Positions 1 through 12,000 of a stretch of DNA of 47,371 nucleotides are shown here, piece by piece. The notes beneath the pieces were generated by a model. The model was not told the DNA's origin. It saw only the letters and a program-made list of their open reading frames with translations, and did no database searches. This DNA is from Nemertoderma westbladi (lineage: Eukaryota > Animalia > Xenacoelomorpha), in the NCBI GenBank assembly GCA_032718475.1, contig JAUCBJ010008108.1, positions 1-47,371 on the forward strand, in the 5' to 3' direction. Within the stretch, counting starts at the first letter, position 1; the number at the start of each line of letters is the position of its first letter. Position numbers and translations under genes: made by a program.

Positions 1-460
1 CAGTAAATTTTATCCTGTTTTTATGGAGCGGTATGGAATTATATCTCAAATAGTTCCGAAATTTTTGAAATATTTAGTTTAAAATAATTAGTACTTTATT
101 TTTCTATGTAAATTGTTCAAATCGTTTATACAGTATTCCGAAGTTAAGGTTAAAGTTCTTATTTTCCTTGGTATAGTTGTAATTTCATTAATTGTTCAAG
201 TGGTCCTGTAGCTAAAGACATACACCGTTGGATGGTCATATAATAGGCCCGAAGTTCAAATCCTAGTAGATGCGAAATATTTTTTGGTAAACTTAGCTGT
301 ATTATATTTCTATCTGTAACAATTAGCTGGGCCAATCCCATCGTAGTAACACCTTATTTTTTATTTTCATTTTCTATTTCTAATTTCAACTTATCACCTT
401 ATTATTTCACCTAATTTTCTAATAACACCTTATTAGCCAATGCCGTACTCGTTTATAAAT

Positions 461-772
461 TGTTGGACCAATGACATTTTTAAGAATATATTAGAAGCTA
501 TGGAATTGCATAGAAGCTCTAGAAGTTCAGTAGCACCCATGATTTCCTATATAAGGGTGCGTTTGTTTATTATTAGTATTATTCGTCTTAGTATTTCTTT
601 TCTATCTAATAGTATTCATACATTTGTTATTACAATATTATTTCGTTATTATTCGTGTATTATTGTCTTAGTATATCTTGATAATCTGTAAATAATATAT
701 CCTCTGCTTGTAAACACTGTACATTTTACCATGATTCACTTTGGTGAATAACCTTCAAAAGGGGGTAAAATG
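461..772 (+). mobile_element. Candidate 5' LTR of the Bel/Pao element (3' boundary uncertain)
   Basis: Starts TGTTGG at 461. Contains an AGAAGCTCTAGAAGTTC nGAAn-like array (~512-528), TATATAA at 548 and an AT-rich R/U5-like stretch, and lies upstream of the gag ORF. No second LTR is available for confirmation and the PBS is not canonical. Confidence 0.35.
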
Positions 773-2745
773 GTAGGCTAAGCGCAGGGCAGCAGTGATA
801 AAAGGGGAACATCGACGAAATGTAACGGAGACCACCCACATCTCTTACAAGATTTTCATTGACCGCCGCCCCCGCCAAAAGGTAAGATCGCGTTTCGAGA
901 CACTCGCTACTCTAGTCGTAAGACCTTTGGTTTTCGGTAGAAATAGTGTCGTGCTGGACGCCAAACAAAATTTAGGGGCAATATTTCTCTGGTACTCCTA
1001 CAGGTACGCCAGTTACGCTATTGGTTCATTTTGGCGGTAAAACGGTGTCCATTCGTTGTACTATAGTGTCTGTAGGCCAGTAGAGGGATCAGCTGATTTG
1101 CCTGACTTGGAGATATATCACCCAGGCGGTGGGCATTTCTGCTACTAGGTGTATTACAACTTAGGGCTGCAGGGATACCAAGGGATACCAACGCCAGCAG
1201 TACTGTTTAAGATAGTTTGCTGTGTCTGTCTAGGCAACCAAAATTCTAGATAAGCAACCAGGCTAGCTATCGGTACACGTAGGCCTACAGTAGCAGATAA
1301 CATTCTTTGTCTTAATTTTAGGGGCCTGCCACATAATTTCATTAGACCTACCACAGACAGTGACTGAATTTATTCAGCACAATATATTGTACACTAATAC
1401 TAGTAAATGTTGTAAAATGAAGGATTGGCCTGATTATTTTGCCGTTTTGATCACATGTGTAAAAGCTTTTGTGGGATAACTGATACGTTTGCCTTTGCTG
1501 GCCAGTTCCCCCCCAGTCGCTAGAATACTCTCAAAGGGATTTATAACTAAAATAGTGCAAGCTACCAGCTTATTGGCTGATGTGCTGTACGGAGGCATCT
1601 GGGCTCAGTTTAATCGGCCAACTAGCTTAGAGAGGTTGCCTTAGCCTTGCTGTCCGTATCGGCCAATAGAATTTGAGTGGGCGTTGATTTCAACCTATCC
1701 CAGAGCTACTGAACTGAATTTTCCTATCTCACTGCTCATCCTCTGTGTTGAACGGGAGTTTCGGGGAATAAGGGTAGTTGGTATCCTCGTATAGTTGGTA
1801 GTCATATGATTTTATATGATTCTGTTGTTGTGTTCCCATTTTTCGCCATAACACCGGCTTTTTGGGAAGAACTCTAGTAAAACTGCTTAAATTATCGAAA
1901 GTATAAACTGTTACCTCACTCACTCACTAATTCAAACTAACTAACTCAATCGTCTTATTTGATCTGATTAACTCACTATTAATCATATTGTTTGTACTGT
2001 TATTTACCGTCAGTTATTAATTGTATCTATTTGTTGATGGAAATATTGCCCTTTGGAGAATACGGATAAATCACCCAAATTTCCTAATTTTCTTGATACA
2101 CTACAGGTTAGAGAGGCGGGCTATATATAACAATTGCGATTTATGTTAATGTGGTGTGTATTGAATCTAATGTTATTTAGCAGACCCTACATGAGTCAAT
2201 TGCTGCTCTCTTTATATGTGATTAAATATACTGACGGTCGGCAGAATAGTGTGCATGATTGTGACTGGTAACAAAGCATTTCCTAAAGAATGCGCTTTAT
2301 ACTTTAATCATAAGCAGTATCGTTGCGTTTAGTATAAGTCCTAGTTCTGTTTAAATAGATAGAGCGCCACGTCCTAAAGGAACTGTTAATATTTCCCGAA
2401 AGCCAATAATATCTGTCAGAAATTAATTAATAACGATCAATCGAATAATACAGTAAGTTTACACTGCAACCTTACACTGCAATAATAAAATGTAAGCAGC
2501 CGAATTCAGCCTCCCGGGTGTAGATCCATCGGGTGAATGATCGCGCATGGGCTGTCTTCGGGTAATGTTTCGTTTATTAGCATAAAATATTGTCGTATGC
2601 TAAAGGTGTTTTAATTAACTAAAAGACATATAAATTTTGGCGGGTTAAACTGCTAAAGGTCTTCAAAAGCGCGAACAGTAACAGTTTATAATCTTATTGC
2701 AGTAAGCAATAAGGTTGCAAAATACCGTAGTGACCGGTAACCTGA

Positions 2746-2872
2746 ACCGGTACTTCTGTAGGTCAGTAGGCCCAACTGCCAGAACCGGTACTGCTGTAGG
2801 TCCGTAGGTCCAACTGCTAGAACCGGTACTTCTGTAGGTCTATAGGCCCAACTGTCCTAACCGGTACTGCTG
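2746..2872 (+). repeat. ~38-bp tandem repeat (AACCGGTACTTCTGTAGGTC...CCCAACTG), ~3.5 copies, in the retroelement leader
   Basis: Unit starts at about 2746, 2783, 2821 and 2859. Confidence 0.85.
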
Positions 2873-3098
2873 TATAAGTACATTAGTATTATTCGAATTT
2901 GATTATTGTATACCGGTAGGTCTTAGTACTTAATCAGGGACTGCAGCCCTGAATTTTTATTGAGATTCTACTTATTTCTGTCGGTTTTATTTACTAGTAG
3001 GTTAATATTGAGCAGAAGGCGTGTGACCCTGCTCAGATTGTTCAGATAATTGTAGGCTGAGCTGCTGTCTGACTGTTGTTGAGTTTGGAGAGATTACG

Positions 3099-3610
3099 GC
3101 GTGTGTAGAGTTTGTCTGATAAAGTGCCGTTAGTAAGTTGGGGCAGCCATATGCTGTAAGGTCAATCCCCTCTTAAAGAATAAGTCGTACTACCGTGTTA
3201 GAACGCATACTAACTAACTGTTTCAGAATCTGCATATACTGTAGTTTATTTAGGCTTGATCGTAGTCTGCCAGTGTTTTAGCCTGTGTTTGTTTGTGTGG
3301 TCTGTTCAGGTACCGTAATAGTTATTACTCAAATATTTTGTAGGCTGGATTGTTGTCTAGCTATTTTTAGGTCTGAAGGGATTGCTGCGTGTGTAGAGTT
3401 GTCTGATAAAGTGCCGTTAGTAAGTTGGGGCAGCCATATGCTGTAAGGTCAATCCCCTCTTAAAGAATAAGTCGTACTACCGTGTTAGAACGCATACTAA
3501 CTAACAGTTTCAGAATCTGCACATACTGTAGTTTGTTTAGGCTTGATAGTAGTCTGCCAGCGTTTGGTTTGTATTTTGTTTGAGTATTCTGTACGGGTAG
3601 CGTAATATTT
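3099..3610 (+). repeat. Direct duplication with a period of ~288 bp in the retroelement leader
   Basis: GCGTGTGTAGAGTT(T)GTCTGATAAAGTGCCGTTAGTAAG... starts at 3099 and 3387 and is near-identical for ~180 bp. Confidence 0.9.
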
Positions 3611-4930
3611 ATTATTCAGAGTTTATGCGATTATTCGCAACATTCATGTCCCCAAGTTTATTCCTACAGTAATTGTGCTTGTTATACATACCGTTATAGT
3701 TAAACTAACCCCGGTACTACATCAGGGCTGCTTGGCGTAGGTAAAGACTGGAGATTTTGTGCTTCGGTCACTCCAGCAGATGCCGTGGTTCTTTTAACTG
3801 TTCAAGTATATTTAACTACTGATTATTGGTTATACCGGTACTTGTACATAATTTAGGGTTTAGTGTACAGTGCTTTCCGAAGTAATTAGTGTGTAGGCAG
3901 TATATTTGTGTTGTAAAGTGGTTGATAGGCACATTCGTTAGCTCTATTAACTTCTAGGTAGGAACAATCCGTGATACATAACGTAGTACCTATAGCGATA
4001 CGGTTATAGGTCGTCAGGCGGTGGTATTTTCCTATCTGGACAGTACAATATATTTACTACTACTTATTATTTCAAATACCGTAGTACCCTGTCCGTTGTA
4101 ATAACCAGAATTCTAACCCTTTGTTAGGCTGGTTTGTAGACTTCCTGTAAAATTACCCTAAAAATTTCGTACGTAATATTTTGTTGTGTGTTCATTAGAG
4201 AATTAATCTCACCTATATCGTAAGTAATTTGTAGTATTAAGTAACTTAGGTAAATTAGAATTATCAGTTTTAGTGTCAAATAAATAGCACTTCACTGAGA
4301 GCGCACAGCTTCTGTGTAGTGACTCCCCCAGAAATAATAACATTTATTTCAAATATTGACAAAAACCCATTTAAACGGGTATATAAATATTATAAATCAA
4401 CTCAAACGATTTATAAATAATAGGTCTGTCATACAACAACTAGGTCTCAATATCAGTTGGACTACTGCTTAAATAACGGTAATAAAGTAAGTTAAAGTAA
4501 CTAAGTAACCCTAAAATATTCAGGAATTCAATTATTCTAAAAATAATTGACATACCGGTACTTACCATAGGCTTATTATATTTATTTCTATAAATTTGAG
4601 CTGAAATTATACCGGTACTCTGTAATTAATTCTAGTTCCTAATTATACTTATATACTATAAGTGTAAGCTGTATACCGGTATTCACTGTAGGCCTATTAT
4701 ATATTTATATATTTGTGCTAAAATTGTATACCGGTACTCTGTGACAAATCTAGTCTGTAACAATACTTATATATATTATAAGCATACCGGTATTCTAATA
4801 TATTGTATATATATCACGTTACACCGAGTAACGGTATCGGTAATAAATCGCTAGGCTTGCGGTCATACTGAATTACCAGACTTGCTTCAACTGAAACTAT
4901 AGTAGTAGACATTCAACTGTATAGCTAAAC

Positions 4931-7639
4931 ATGTCTGACACTCAGCAAAACCTGTCAGACAGTCTGATCGATACAACTATCTGTGACTCAGATAGGAGTG
5001 TGGAGCGAATAAGAAAGGAGTTTAGCTCACCTCCTACTGCAAGAAAGGTCATCCCTCCAGTAGTATCAGACCCTAGGCTAATCCACCATAGGTCCATCAT
5101 AGGCACTCGGGCACAGGTCAAACGGAACCAAGAGGCAGTCGTCTCATCGCAGCAACATCTTGGTCAAGAACATACTTCCCAGCGACCCGATAGCTCCAGC
5201 AGTTCGGATACTGTAGAGCTGACCCCCGAACACGGAGTGCAGATGGCTGATACAGTCTACTCGGACCCCCTTCTTACCCTTCCTGCTGCAGTGCTAACTA
5301 CTATATTCATTGCGGTGGAGGAACATCAAGCCGACTGGGCGAGGAATAAGCGAGCGACCCAAGATAATTACGCGGGATACGCCAGGGAAGAATTGATATC
5401 TATTGTTGAATCACAATGGAACTTTCCCGGACTCGGACTCCCGTTGGATCTGTCCGAGGCTACTTGGGAAGATATACACAGGATGGGAGTGGCTAAAGAT
5501 ACAATGGATCCCGCTGTTTGGAAGAGGTCGGCAGCAGGATATGTGCAGGGATTCTTCGGCTCCTTGGATCGATTGGAAGAACAACTGTTTCGACAACCTC
5601 AAGGACCTCAAGAGCAGGAAGAGCTGCTATATCAAATACGCGAAAGAACCCTACGCATACGACTAATCCTCTCAGCCTTTGAGGAAACTTCCAAAAGAAG
5701 ACAGGACATGTCGCTGCAGGTTGCTGTCAAAACTTGGTTACATCGGGTAGATCTCAAAGTACAGGAAACGGCCCAGTGGAAATCCCAGCTGGCTGAGAGA
5801 TCAACCTGTGAAGAACAAACTGATGTCACCCTTTCTCAAGCGGAAAGCGAAGAGACCACCGAGAAACCGCGAACTAGAGACGCTATCGACATTTATTTGT
5901 CCGACTATCAGCGATTCCTAGGAGACGAAGAGTTGAGGAGACGGCTGTCTGGACTTTCCCCTAATAGTGAAGGAACCAAGCTTGTGTTGGACTCAATCGA
6001 TGCCGAAATGTTAGCTGCAAACCAAGCTGAATGTGATGAAAAACTCCGCCTCACTAGAGTCCGAGAAGAACAAGTAAAGAAAGAACTGATAGAGAGAAGA
6101 AAGGTAGCAGCAGCAGCGGCGGCGGAAGCAGAAGCAGAAAGAAAAGAAGCAGAAGCCGAAAGAAAAGCGGCAGAAGCAGAAGCCGAAAGAAAGGCAAAAG
6201 CGGCAGAAGCAGAAGCCGAAAGAAAGGCAAAAGCGGCAGAAGCAGAAGCCGAAAGAAAAGCGGCAGAAGCAGAAGCCGAAAGAAAAGCGGCGGAAGCCGA
6301 AAGAAAGGCAACAGTGGCAGAAGCAGAACGGAGAGCATCTGAGGAGACTATCCAACTAGAGTTGGAAAATCTGCAAGAGACGCAAGACAGTATAAATAAA
6401 CAGTTTACTGCTAATCAGATGCAGATGATGAGAAAATCAACTCCCAAGCGCCAGGGATACACATCCTCGGAGGAAGGCGATACTACCGATCCTGAAGGCG
6501 GAGGAAATAGATCTCTTCTCAGTAGGCGTAGAAAAACATCTTACCGTCGCAAATTGCCTGATTTGCCCCCAGCTGTTAGAAGACAGCTAGCTAGCACCGA
6601 CTTGAGTAGTATAGAACCTACAGCCCAAAGTGTTAAGGTCCAAAGACTCTCTACAATAGTTGATGAGCCTGAGATAATTAGGCCTGTCGTTCCCAAAGTC
6701 ACTTCTGTGTTAGAGACCCCTGTACTTCCAGAGCTTAACTCTAAATTCCCTTTACATAGTACTACACTGCCTGTACCCGGTGGAACAGTCCAAGAGAATA
6801 TCCCTGTCCAGATAGCAGAGGGAGAAATCAAAAATTTGTCTCCCGTCGTCCCGCGTCAGCCCGCTACTATGTTGGCGACTCCCGCTTCGGCGGTTGAGTG
6901 GGTGGAAGAGGGACGGCGGGGGATGAATCTCCTGCTAGGACAGATGCAGGAGACTGTCCACCAACTTAAGGGAACAGTGAGGGAAGGTAGAGCAGAGTTG
7001 CAAGAAGAGCAACAAAGTATCGCGCTAGAACGCGACAAATTAGTCAATATACAAAGGGGCATACCAATACCCCCTGTAACATTGTGTCAACCTGTTAGGT
7101 CTGAAGTACTACATGCACAAGGTATGGAGCCTACACGCATCTATACTGCTAGTGAAGTTGAAACTCCTATAGCAAACCCTATTAAGGGTGATTATAGACC
7201 TGTTATTAATGATATTCCCTATAGACCTGATAATGATCCGAGAAATTTATATACCGATAATTCGATATTAAATAACACGATGGCCCAAGAAAGCTTTACG
7301 CGTCAGATGGCTAGAACAGAAGCCCGCCAAGCGGTCAAAGTGGGAGAGATCGTCAAATTCAATGGAGATGAGATGAAATGGTTACCTTTCAACGAATATT
7401 ACAAAGATAGCATACAGAACTCTGTACTATCTAACGGAGAGAAACTTAGATTCCTCATCAAATGCTTGGAAGGACCTCCCAAGTTAATGGCGTTAAAGTT
7501 TATTGGACATCCAGATGGATTAAGACAAGTTTGGGATACACTAAACATCAGGTATGGTAACAAGGATAACATAGCTAAGTATTTGTATGCAAAATTAGTA
7601 GCCCCCCGACACTTCCTTAGTAGCGGGATTATAGAGTAG
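4931..7639 (+). CDS. Bel/Pao gag-like polyprotein, C-terminally truncated; contains an (AEAERKA)n coiled-coil repeat
   Basis: 902-aa ORF. The C-terminal KFNGDEMKWLPF...EKLRFLIKCLEGPP...WDTLNIRYG matches the Pao DUF1759 gag pattern. The stop codon TAG is the first three bases of the hATm TIR. Confidence 0.85.
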   Translation: MSDTQQNLSDSLIDTTICDSDRSVERIRKEFSSPPTARKVIPPVVSDPRLIHHRSIIGTRAQVKRNQEAVVSSQQHLGQEHTSQRPDSSSSSDTVELTPEHGVQMADTVYSDPLLTLPAAVLTTIFIAVEEHQADWARNKRATQDNYAGYAREELISIVESQWNFPGLGLPLDLSEATWEDIHRMGVAKDTMDPAVWKRSAAGYVQGFFGSLDRLEEQLFRQPQGPQEQEELLYQIRERTLRIRLILSAFEETSKRRQDMSLQVAVKTWLHRVDLKVQETAQWKSQLAERSTCEEQTDVTLSQAESEETTEKPRTRDAIDIYLSDYQRFLGDEELRRRLSGLSPNSEGTKLVLDSIDAEMLAANQAECDEKLRLTRVREEQVKKELIERRKVAAAAAAEAEAERKEAEAERKAAEAEAERKAKAAEAEAERKAKAAEAEAERKAAEAEAERKAAEAERKATVAEAERRASEETIQLELENLQETQDSINKQFTANQMQMMRKSTPKRQGYTSSEEGDTTDPEGGGNRSLLSRRRKTSYRRKLPDLPPAVRRQLASTDLSSIEPTAQSVKVQRLSTIVDEPEIIRPVVPKVTSVLETPVLPELNSKFPLHSTTLPVPGGTVQENIPVQIAEGEIKNLSPVVPRQPATMLATPASAVEWVEEGRRGMNLLLGQMQETVHQLKGTVREGRAELQEEQQSIALERDKLVNIQRGIPIPPVTLCQPVRSEVLHAQGMEPTRIYTASEVETPIANPIKGDYRPVINDIPYRPDNDPRNLYTDNSILNNTMAQESFTRQMARTEARQAVKVGEIVKFNGDEMKWLPFNEYYKDSIQNSVLSNGEKLRFLIKCLEGPPKLMALKFIGHPDGLRQVWDTLNIRYGNKDNIAKYLYAKLVAPRHFLSSGIIE

Positions 7640-8120
7640 GGTGGATCGAATTTTGCAAAAGTTGGAAATCAAAGAATGGCTAGTGCTAAAAAGTGGCACA
7701 TGGGGTTAAGAACCATGCATGCAAAATATTTTTTAATTTGGTTAAGTCCTTGCTCCCCCCCAAAGCCTCTGAATTTTGATAAAGATAGGCGCGATAAGGC
7801 GGTAGTAAATCGGCTAGACTATATGAAGGTTATAGCACTTCTAGTCACTCCCTTGAGCTCACTTTGGGCTCATTCAAAGCGCATTGGTCGATTTGGTTAT
7901 TCAATATTTAGTTTCTGGGCATGGCAGCCACTATTTTCCTCACTCTGCTCATTTTTGTGCTTTCAGATGTATAAAATAAATATATTCATATATTCCCCTT
8001 CTATATTGTGGTAAATTGAAAGTATTATATTTGTATTACAATTGTTCCATTCAGGCAATCATGTAATGAATTCAGGCAGTACCAGTATAGGAGTGTAGAG
8101 GCCCAGCACTGTTCTTTGTT

Positions 8121-8308
8121 GGATTATTACTACCGTCAGACTTCAGACAGTCTGTATAAAATGTCAGTAGTGTATGGTATGGTTTCCCTGTTCAGTATTG
8201 GATTACTACAGTCAGACTGTCTGTAGACAATGTCAGTAGCGTAGGGTATGGTTGCCCTGTTCATTGTTGCATTACTACAGTCAGACAGTCTGTAGACAAT
8301 GTCAGTAT
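8121..8308 (+). repeat. ~69-bp subterminal tandem repeat (3 copies) inside the transposon
   Basis: ATTACTACAGTCAGAC(A/T)GTCTGTAGACAATGTCAGTA-type unit recurs near 8126, 8202 and 8271. Confidence 0.8.
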
Positions 8309-8435
8309 AGTAGTTTAGGGTAGACTTATTGTGAATTAGTGCCTGATGCAGTTTTACTCAATGTTAGGCATATTGAGAGAAGTGGGTACTATCAGACTGT
8401 AGATTCAGGGCAGTAGGTCAATGGTACTTTCATAG

Positions 8436-8534
8436 GTAAGAGGTATGGAGATAGTAGTGTCACTGTCATGTCAATAGGCCTACATTACGCAATGTACTAA
8501 TGTTTCTGTACTCTGTACTAGTCTAGTCTTTTAG
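8436..8534 (+). other. Putative 5'UTR intron of the transposase transcript
   Basis: GTAAGA donor at 8436, TACTAAT branch point at 8495 and CTTTTAG acceptor ending 8534, two nt before the ATG at 8537. Confidence 0.55.
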
Positions 8535-8536
8535 TG

Positions 8537-10780
8537 ATGGCACTTCTTAGAACACAAACAGCCTGCCCAGTAATTGGAGCACCTGCTGATCTCCCAACAA
8601 CATGTTTGCCAACCCATGGCGACGTTTTGAGGTACTATCAGTACATAAGGAAATTGGATACAACGACTGGAGTTACAAAAACAATGCCATCATTGGATAT
8701 ATATAAAATGGTCGCTGGTCAATTAGAGAAACTGTGGACTAGAGCATCATTACCTTACAACTCCCATAAGAGGATTGTGGACAAGCTTCTTGCTTACCAT
8801 GCAAATTACATAAAGATTCTCAAGCATGTTGATAGAAAGCAACAGCTTGCTAAGTTTAGACAACATGCAGATTCAACACTCTTTGATATAACAACGTGTA
8901 AATGTAAAGACTTTTTGACATGTTCTTGCGCCAGAGAACTTAGAGTGCCAGAAGAAGAACGGTCGTTTTTGTTAGACCAACGTGGTGACCGTCAAATGAT
9001 GATAGCAGGTGTTGATGTACCACTAACTAATCAAATTGAACAGAGGCGCAAGCGAAAACTCTCTAGACAACTTCAATTTGTCCCACATCAGGTCTCTCCA
9101 ATTGTGAATTCAGTAACTGATGTTGATTATACTTCTTCAGATGATGATGCTGAATCAAATGCTCCCATGGTTGAGTATGATCCAATACCATCAACTTCAT
9201 GGTCGGATGTTAGTTGTAGGCCTGATTCTGAAAGTGCTGTCCAACAATCTGTTCACCAAATGAGACGTGAATTACCAACATTATCCCGTGAATGTGATAG
9301 ACATGGGGTATCTGATCGAGCTGCTGCATCTATTGCTACAGCAGTGTTGCAGGATTTTGGAATTGTACACACTGAGGATACTACTAGTGTCATTGACCGA
9401 ATGAAAATTCGGCGTGAGAGAGAGAAACAGCGAAATATAGAAATTAACACACCTGACACTGATCTCTATGGATTATATTTTGATGGTCGCAAAGATTTAA
9501 CCCTAATACAGGAAATGATTGGTAACAAATATTACTATCGGACTGCAAAAGAAGAACATATATCATTGTTATCAGAGCCTGGCTCTGCTTATATTGGCCA
9601 TATCACTCCAGATGGTGGGGATGCAGTTAGTATCTCTGTAGCAATAAGTAAATATCTTCTGGAGAGAGATATTGCAACTGAAAAGTTGGTGGCTGTGGGG
9701 TCAGATGGGACTGCAGTTAATACTGGTCATCTTGGAGGCATTATTAGGTTATTGGAAGTTACTTATGGTCGTCCATTGCAGTGGTTTATATGCCAACTAC
9801 ATTTAAATGAACTTCCACTACGACATATTCTGGTTCACCTGGATGGAGTCACTTCAGGGCCAAAATCATTTACTGGTGTAATTGGCAAGTCATTGGCATT
9901 TGTTAGTCTACCTGACCTGGTCTCCTTTAAACCCATTCCAGCACCAAACCTACCAGTTGTTCCTGCTAAAGTCAGACATGACCTCAGTGATGATCAACGA
10001 TATTTGTATGATATGTGTATTGCCATACAGTCTGGTGTTTGCTCTTCAGATCTTGCAAAGAAGCTTCCAGGACCACTGTCACATTCCAGGTGGTTAACTC
10101 TTGGCTGTCGTATACTTCGGCTTTATGTATCTTGTAAAGATCCTCACCCGAATCTGGTTACTCTTACTTCTTACATCCTAAATGCTTATGCACCAATATG
10201 GTTCAATATAAAGTGTCAGTGGGAATGCATCTTTGGACCTAAACATCTGCTTTGCCTTATACAGTACACCAGATACCTGTCAACTGATTTGCGGGACATT
10301 GTAGACACTACTATACAACGGAATGCCTTCTTTGCACATGAAGAAAACGTTCTTCTGTCTATGTTGTTTGACGAGGATAAAGGAATACAACAACTGGCCT
10401 TAAGGAGAATATTAAAGTACAGGTCTTTAGAAGTATCTTCAGCAGAATGTGTCAGGTCATTCAGAGTCCCAGTAATAAACTTTAGTGCCGTAAATTACTA
10501 TGATTTAATTGACTGGACCACAGCCAAGTATGAACCCCCACTTACAAAGCACATACCAACTGATTTAATTCGCAATAGTTTAGAAGGAACTGCTGATATA
10601 GACTTTCCATTTCCACGGTTTGCTTGCCACACACAAGCTGTAGAGAGGATTGTTAAACTTGTCACTGAGGTTTCAGTGGCCGTGTGTGGCTTTACAAGAC
10701 GAGATGGAGCAATTCGCAACAAGCTGAGATCTTACTCTAAGATGAAGAGCTTCGAAAGCAAGAAAGACTACACGGTCTAA
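8537..10780 (+). CDS. DDE transposase, hATm-like (747 aa from the ATG at 8537)
   Basis: Uninterrupted ORF with LYFDGRKD, SDGTAVNTG, CQLHLNELPLRH (CxxH) and CHTQAVER motifs plus an N-terminal CKCKDFLTCSC cysteine cluster, lying between TIRs. Confidence 0.9.
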   Translation: MALLRTQTACPVIGAPADLPTTCLPTHGDVLRYYQYIRKLDTTTGVTKTMPSLDIYKMVAGQLEKLWTRASLPYNSHKRIVDKLLAYHANYIKILKHVDRKQQLAKFRQHADSTLFDITTCKCKDFLTCSCARELRVPEEERSFLLDQRGDRQMMIAGVDVPLTNQIEQRRKRKLSRQLQFVPHQVSPIVNSVTDVDYTSSDDDAESNAPMVEYDPIPSTSWSDVSCRPDSESAVQQSVHQMRRELPTLSRECDRHGVSDRAAASIATAVLQDFGIVHTEDTTSVIDRMKIRREREKQRNIEINTPDTDLYGLYFDGRKDLTLIQEMIGNKYYYRTAKEEHISLLSEPGSAYIGHITPDGGDAVSISVAISKYLLERDIATEKLVAVGSDGTAVNTGHLGGIIRLLEVTYGRPLQWFICQLHLNELPLRHILVHLDGVTSGPKSFTGVIGKSLAFVSLPDLVSFKPIPAPNLPVVPAKVRHDLSDDQRYLYDMCIAIQSGVCSSDLAKKLPGPLSHSRWLTLGCRILRLYVSCKDPHPNLVTLTSYILNAYAPIWFNIKCQWECIFGPKHLLCLIQYTRYLSTDLRDIVDTTIQRNAFFAHEENVLLSMLFDEDKGIQQLALRRILKYRSLEVSSAECVRSFRVPVINFSAVNYYDLIDWTTAKYEPPLTKHIPTDLIRNSLEGTADIDFPFPRFACHTQAVERIVKLVTEVSVAVCGFTRRDGAIRNKLRSYSKMKSFESKKDYTV

Positions 10781-12000
10781 TCTAATATACTTTAACTGTG
10801 CTCTCTGACAGATACCACACAAACCTACTGTATATTTTTTATACTAGAATATTTACTTTGGCTTTTAAACAAACATTGATATTATAATACTTTAGTTAAC
10901 TCTTAAATATGTTTCCATATTTAGTTTATATAAAGGGATTGAAACATGAAATATTCAACAAACAATTAACATATTAACAAATTTTTTATACCTTGGAATT
11001 TCAACAGCACATCATGCTTATCATTCATTCTACCCCATGTAAATCGACCATTATGATTTAAAAGAGGACAAATATGGCTCCATAGGGCCACAGAAGTGCA
11101 TCAAATCCAGATTTACTAATTTCGGATAATTGCAGCTTATCACACTTATTATGCAGCTTCACCGGAATATGTTTTTGGACATAAAAAACGACAAAATTGA
11201 GCTCAGTGAACAAAATATTGTCCCTAGCGTACAGAAATTAAATATTTCATAACTAAATCGACTATTGCGCTTCGAATGAGACTAAAATGAGCTCAAGGGA
11301 GTGAATATAAGCGCTAAAAACTTCAAATAGACTGACCGATTTCAAACGCATTATCGCGCCTCTACTTTTCAAACTTCAGAGGCTTTGGGGGGGAGCAAGG
11401 ACTTAATCAAATTAAAAAATATTTTGCATGCATATTTCTAAAGCCAATGTGCCACTTTTTAGCACTAGCCATTCTTTGATTTCCAACTTTTGCAAAATTT
11501 GATCCACCCTAATGATCATGTAAAACAAAAACACCAACAGTCTAGATCAGCTTTCTTGCTCTGGCGTAATTGCGGTTCTCCGAACAGTGCGAACATTTGT
11601 GCACCAAGGCCCGTTTTAAGCAGGCCAGACGTCAATGTCATCGTCAACAAAAAACAATAGATCAGGATATAATGGCTCAAAATTTGTCATCAGGTGATAC
11701 GACTAAAAACTTTTTGTTGCAGGTTCGGGGATGTACTAACAATAAAACTCCACTACCCAACAAAGTAGGTGACTCTTGTGGTTCTACCGATATCTGTAAT
11801 ATGTGGAAGTCTCACTTTAATATCTTGTATAACTGTGTGGCTGATGACTCTGACAGTGAGTCGGTGAACACCCGTTTAAATAATACTCAAAAAAAGTGAC
11901 TACATTTCTGTGTCATTTAATGAAGTCCTGGATGCTTTTCTCAGTTTATCTACTGGGAAGGTAATTGGTCCTGATGGTATTATGGCTGAACACTTTTTGT

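Larger units (their letters stand above)
461..7636 (+). mobile_element. Bel/Pao LTR retrotransposon, 5' part (long leader plus gag), truncated at the hATm TIR
   Basis: The gag ORF has a DUF1759-type C-terminus. pol and the 3' LTR are absent beyond 7636. The 5' limit is tentative. Confidence 0.65.
7637..11511 (+). mobile_element. Full-length hAT-superfamily (hATm-type) DNA transposon
   Basis: TIRs TAGGGTGGATC(G/A)AATTTTGCAAAAG... at 7637 and (reverse complement) ending 11511 align over ~320 bp with identity decaying inward. They enclose an intact transposase ORF. No TSD. Confidence 0.85.

Noticed and set aside
159-341. Short ORF with an LLGF motif, reminiscent of a Polinton minor capsid
   Set aside because: Too short, with no supporting neighbouring genes.
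6011-6355. Cys/Phe- and Leu-rich minus-strand ORFs
   Set aside because: They are antisense shadows of the AEAERKA repeat in gag.
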